Shown piece by piece: positions 60,797-64,000 of a DNA stretch of 64,000 nucleotides; the stretch's first letter is position 1, and every line of letters starts with the position of its first letter. Under the pieces are notes generated by a model that saw only the letters and a program-made list of their open reading frames with translations, did no database searches and was not told where the DNA came from. Source of the DNA: a plasmid; sequence record CP088595.1; one strand, written 5' to 3'. A program made the translations under genes and the position numbers.

Positions 60797-60912
60797 TATT
60801 TGAATGATTCAGCGTTGTTTTTGAAGTTAACAACCAACCCAATACATGGTTCTCTACTTCACAACAACGCATGTTATGCTGATTTTAGTTAATAAAAGAA
60901 TCCCCTTAGGAG

Positions 60913-62004
60913 ATGGAAATGTCGCAGTTAAAACAACCTATTTTCCTGAAAAAGATAAAAAAAGTCATCAACACAATCCCTGGGCTTGAAGAGCAAATCT
61001 TTGCATGCCGAAATAAAAAACGCAGCGACAATCCATTATTATTTATCGACAGAAAAGATGAAGAACGCATACTAATGAGTCGTCTCCAGAGCCAACAAAA
61101 AAATGAAGAACTGGCTTCTAAACTAGAATCTTTATTTCATGGAAACGAATTATCGTCACCACACAGTATTTTGTGTTTTATATACTGGCGCTATACAAAG
61201 AAAATTTATCGCCTAAGCGAGGACATCATCAGTGATGTGGCTAACACCTATGTTGATAACATTCCTGCACAGATCCTCAAGGAACTCCCTTCATGGAGTA
61301 TCTATGTTTCAGCCGAAAATCTGCATACTATACTTCCTACGTCCTATCCGATACATGGATTTTTCTTTTATCCATTTTTGGACAATAATGGAAATATTAT
61401 CCGGCTTTTCATTATTGATGATCTGAAACAAAGTCAAGGAACTACAGGGCTAAAAGAAAAGGATGTTGACGTCGTCAATAATATCATCAGAATAAAGGAC
61501 TCTCGTGAAGGACTTCTTGACTCCAGAAAGATGGAGTGTATCGATGGTGAAGTCGTCGTAACAGTTAACGAAAAGCTCAAAGATTTCAGAGACAGGGAGT
61601 TTAATCTTCTTAACGCACAGATATCAATGGTGCTTTATATCTGTTCACAGATCAATGATATAAAAGAAAAAAATCAATTTAAACGGTCAGAAAAGCACAA
61701 AAAGCATGTTCACACTCACCATGAACTACCAGCACAAAACATTCGGGAGTGGGACGTTGGTATTCGAATGGGGCAAGCCATACGGCAATATCGCCAAGCA
61801 GAACCCACAGGGAAAGAGCGGACAACAATAGGTAGCAAACGTCCTCATATACGCCGGGGACACTGGCATACATACTGGACAGGAAGTAAGAAACCAGAAC
61901 TAGCCCATGAGCGTAAACCTAGATTAATATGGTTACCTCCGGTACCAGTTAATTTAGAAGACGTAAACAAACTACCGGTGGTAATAACACCCATTGATAA
62001 ATGA
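60913..62004 (+). CDS. Hypothetical protein (363 aa) encoded by an AT-rich insertion; function unknown
   Basis: Clean ORF with GGAGATGG SD-like AGGAG. Roughly 35-38 percent GC against about 50 percent for the backbone. I recognise no family. The C-terminal region is basic and His/Trp-rich (RPHIRRGHWHTYWTGSKKPE...RLIWLPPVPVN). Confidence 0.55.
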   Translation: MEMSQLKQPIFLKKIKKVINTIPGLEEQIFACRNKKRSDNPLLFIDRKDEERILMSRLQSQQKNEELASKLESLFHGNELSSPHSILCFIYWRYTKKIYRLSEDIISDVANTYVDNIPAQILKELPSWSIYVSAENLHTILPTSYPIHGFFFYPFLDNNGNIIRLFIIDDLKQSQGTTGLKEKDVDVVNNIIRIKDSREGLLDSRKMECIDGEVVVTVNEKLKDFRDREFNLLNAQISMVLYICSQINDIKEKNQFKRSEKHKKHVHTHHELPAQNIREWDVGIRMGQAIRQYRQAEPTGKERTTIGSKRPHIRRGHWHTYWTGSKKPELAHERKPRLIWLPPVPVNLEDVNKLPVVITPIDK

Positions 62005-62052
62005 CCTGAAAAGTATCTTTTCCGGTAGGATGTACACATATCTAAATTATCA

Positions 62053-62216
62053 GGCTACTATAATGTTGTCTAGGCATTACAGTAGAGCCCTTGGTTGATT
62101 GATAAAAAATCTCCAGGGGGCTTTCTGCTGTATACCATCCACAAAACGCTTTCGGCATACAGCCTCAAGCGTCCGCGGCTATTCTAACGACTTTCGTATC
62201 TGCAACAATCCTTTTA
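62053..62216. repeat. 165-bp pnd control-region module, copy B (orphan, adjacent to trbA)
   Basis: Retains the TATAAT and Sok-like hairpin on the plus strand and the TTGTTG-N16-TAGAAT promoter on the minus strand. No hok-like ORF follows it. Confidence 0.85.
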
Positions 62217-62310
62217 TCACACGGCTAATTCCTCTGGTTAGCTCTTATCGCCTGCAAATAAATTTTTAACCTTTCCGTTTGATTTAAATTCCAGAAATGG
62301 AGACTTTGTC

Positions 62311-63519
62311 ATGTCTTACAATCGACAGCCTGTCGCAGAAGATCCTATGCAGATATGGGGCGCTGTTGGTGTCCTTCTTATCCTGCTGCTATTCGTCATA
62401 TGGTTATTCTTGCCGGAAGTGGTTTACGCCAGCTGCCTGATTCTTCATACCTTATGGGGACTGGTTGACTGGGGACCATTTCATAACTATGCAGCACCAC
62501 GATACAACCTGCTTGCCATGACCGGTAACAACGCCGCCAACATAAGCTATAGCCAGTGGGTTAACGTCATGGAGCAGACCATAGGTATTTTGTGGATGTA
62601 CCTCTTACCTGTGACACTCTGGTGTTTGTGGGAATGGTATCAACATCCGGGACAAAGCCGTTTCACCCGCAGACCAGTAGATATTACCCGACTGCCACAC
62701 ATCTTTGCTTCGTTGTCCCCTGCTATCGCCCCTGTACTGGAAGATGGTGATCCGGAAAAACTCTTTCATGGTGGTAAACGACCTGAACGGCGGGTTGCTC
62801 TCACCCCGGAAGCATTTGTCGAACAGCATACTCTCATCACCAATATGCAGCTCGATGTTGCAGCTGCAAGACGATGTTTCATGGCCCAGTTGGGTAAACC
62901 TTTAACGTCCTGGAAAGACATGGCACCACATGAAAAAGCGCTCTTTGCCATATTTGGCCTTCAGTATTTCCTGGATGATCGGAAGGCAGCATTAAAGCTC
63001 ATGGATACACTGAACCTCTCATGCAGAATTAAAAGCAAACGGGACAGCGGGAAATTCTGTACCCCTGTTTATTCACTGGCCAAATCAGCTTTCCAGAGAG
63101 TGATTAAAAGCAACGGAGCACAGCAATGGCTGAAACAACATCGCTACGTCCGCAGTGGGCTGGTCTGGCTGTATGCACATGACCTGCGGCTTACGCCACC
63201 CAACTGGATTTGGCTGAAAGGCGTGGACAGAACGCTGTTTTATGCATTACACCGCGCCAATACCACGAAAGGATTTATTGAAGGCGCTGGCGTGGTGGCC
63301 GTTGCACGTGCAGAGGCCGAAGCCATGCGTTTTGGCCTTCCCTGCCCTGAACCCTGTGTTGATGAAGCGGTGGAAGGCTTACGGCGGGATATGCTCAGTC
63401 TCGGTCTTATCTGGGATGAACCACAACCAGATCGCGACCGGAAACGCCGCATCCTGACCAACTGGTCCCTCACCGAAGACATCCTGCCCCGTACACCTGC
63501 TACAGACAACGAATTCTGA
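62311..63519 (+). CDS. trbA: TrbA (402 aa), membrane-associated transfer protein
   Basis: First large ORF after the pnd locus, as in R64 (exc-pnd-trbABC). N-terminal TM helices. Confidence 0.55.
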   Translation: MSYNRQPVAEDPMQIWGAVGVLLILLLFVIWLFLPEVVYASCLILHTLWGLVDWGPFHNYAAPRYNLLAMTGNNAANISYSQWVNVMEQTIGILWMYLLPVTLWCLWEWYQHPGQSRFTRRPVDITRLPHIFASLSPAIAPVLEDGDPEKLFHGGKRPERRVALTPEAFVEQHTLITNMQLDVAAARRCFMAQLGKPLTSWKDMAPHEKALFAIFGLQYFLDDRKAALKLMDTLNLSCRIKSKRDSGKFCTPVYSLAKSAFQRVIKSNGAQQWLKQHRYVRSGLVWLYAHDLRLTPPNWIWLKGVDRTLFYALHRANTTKGFIEGAGVVAVARAEAEAMRFGLPCPEPCVDEAVEGLRRDMLSLGLIWDEPQPDRDRKRRILTNWSLTEDILPRTPATDNEF

Positions 63520-63537
63520 TTATCCGGAGAACTGAAA

Positions 63538-64000
63538 ATGACAATCGAGTACTTTGCAACACGCATTGCAAAACATATTTCCGTGCAGGCAATCTGGCCG
63601 GATGGCAGGACAGAAATTATTGCCGTCCTTCCACAGGATGCCCTGTCAGGGCTGGTAACACGAAATAATCAACTGATTCATATAGCCTTTGACGCCATGG
63701 GCACCCGTAACAGAGAAACCGTCCTGATTGATAAACAGGAGCATAACGCTGACCAGATACTTACAGCTATTGATTCCTGCCTGCGCCTTGAATACCTGAT
63801 GGAACGCCGCTTCAGCAGAACACCTTTGTTCCGTGGCATAATCGCCAGCGTTGTGCTGTTCGTAATGGCAACGATTGGCTTCTCTCTGTTCCGCTATGTT
63901 GATCGTGTATTCTGGGATGATACAACGCCTGAAGCAGTACAGACAGCAGGTGAGCCACGACTGCTTCCCCCTCACCTGAATCACACTGTGCCATTAAATG
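63538..64000 (+). CDS. Partial ORF continuing past the window end (at the trbB position)
   Basis: ATG 63538 with GGAGAACTGAAA upstream. The open frame runs to the window edge, which is why the ORF track does not list it. Confidence 0.4.
   Translation, partial: MTIEYFATRIAKHISVQAIWPDGRTEIIAVLPQDALSGLVTRNNQLIHIAFDAMGTRNRETVLIDKQEHNADQILTAIDSCLRLEYLMERRFSRTPLFRGIIASVVLFVMATIGFSLFRYVDRVFWDDTTPEAVQTAGEPRLLPPHLNHTVPLN

Overview
This window reads as an IncI1 (R64/ColIb-P9-like) conjugative plasmid backbone interrupted at the left by an antibiotic-resistance island. Identifications rest on remembered protein sequences, motifs and gene order only; no database search was possible.

Resistance island (1..9054; GC-rich from 1 to about 4100):
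- the 5' part of an IS5/IS1182-superfamily transposase, minus strand, running off the window start;
- a PD-(D/E)xK nuclease-like ORF (544..1701, minus);
- a tRNA-Leu(UAA) gene split by a group I intron at the canonical anticodon-loop position (2263..2561, intron 2298..2510), which the ORF track cannot show;
- tmrB-like and aac(3)-II (aacC2), both on the minus strand;
- a complete Tn3-family transposon (4105..9054) carrying blaTEM-1, tnpR, res and tnpA, with 38-bp inverted repeats and no matching 5-bp target duplication.

Backbone, in order:
- a 449-aa ORF, a ProQ/FinO-domain protein and a membrane ORF;
- the I-complex replicon: oriV with a DnaA box, repZ (343 aa, GTG start), the 29-aa repY leader, and the Inc antisense RNA with a TTGGCG loop target;
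- a GATC-dense regulatory region, a LuxR-type (traA-position) ORF, the NusG/RfaH-like traB, traC and a lipoprotein gene;
- the thin-pilus operon pilI through pilV;
- a shufflon with seven 19-bp sfx repeats, and rci;
- traE through traK, nuc, sogL, traL through traY, excA;
- a small-gene region holding a DinQ-like peptide locus and the pndCA (Hok/Sok-type) killer locus;
- trbA, and a partial next ORF running off the window end.

Observations worth a second look:
1. The intron-containing tRNA-Leu sitting in the resistance island.
2. A 1.25-kb AT-rich insertion encoding an unknown 363-aa protein, bracketed by two diverged 165-bp copies of the pnd promoter and Sok-like antisense module, between pndA and trbA.
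3. Shufflon segment A present twice (30371..30944 identical to 31815..32388).
4. A conserved ops-like motif of about 30 bp in three tra operon leaders, alongside the NusG paralog TraB.
5. Several paired direct-repeat leader regions, and a DinQ-like small hydrophobic ORF with flanking repeats.

No CRISPR arrays or rRNA genes were seen.
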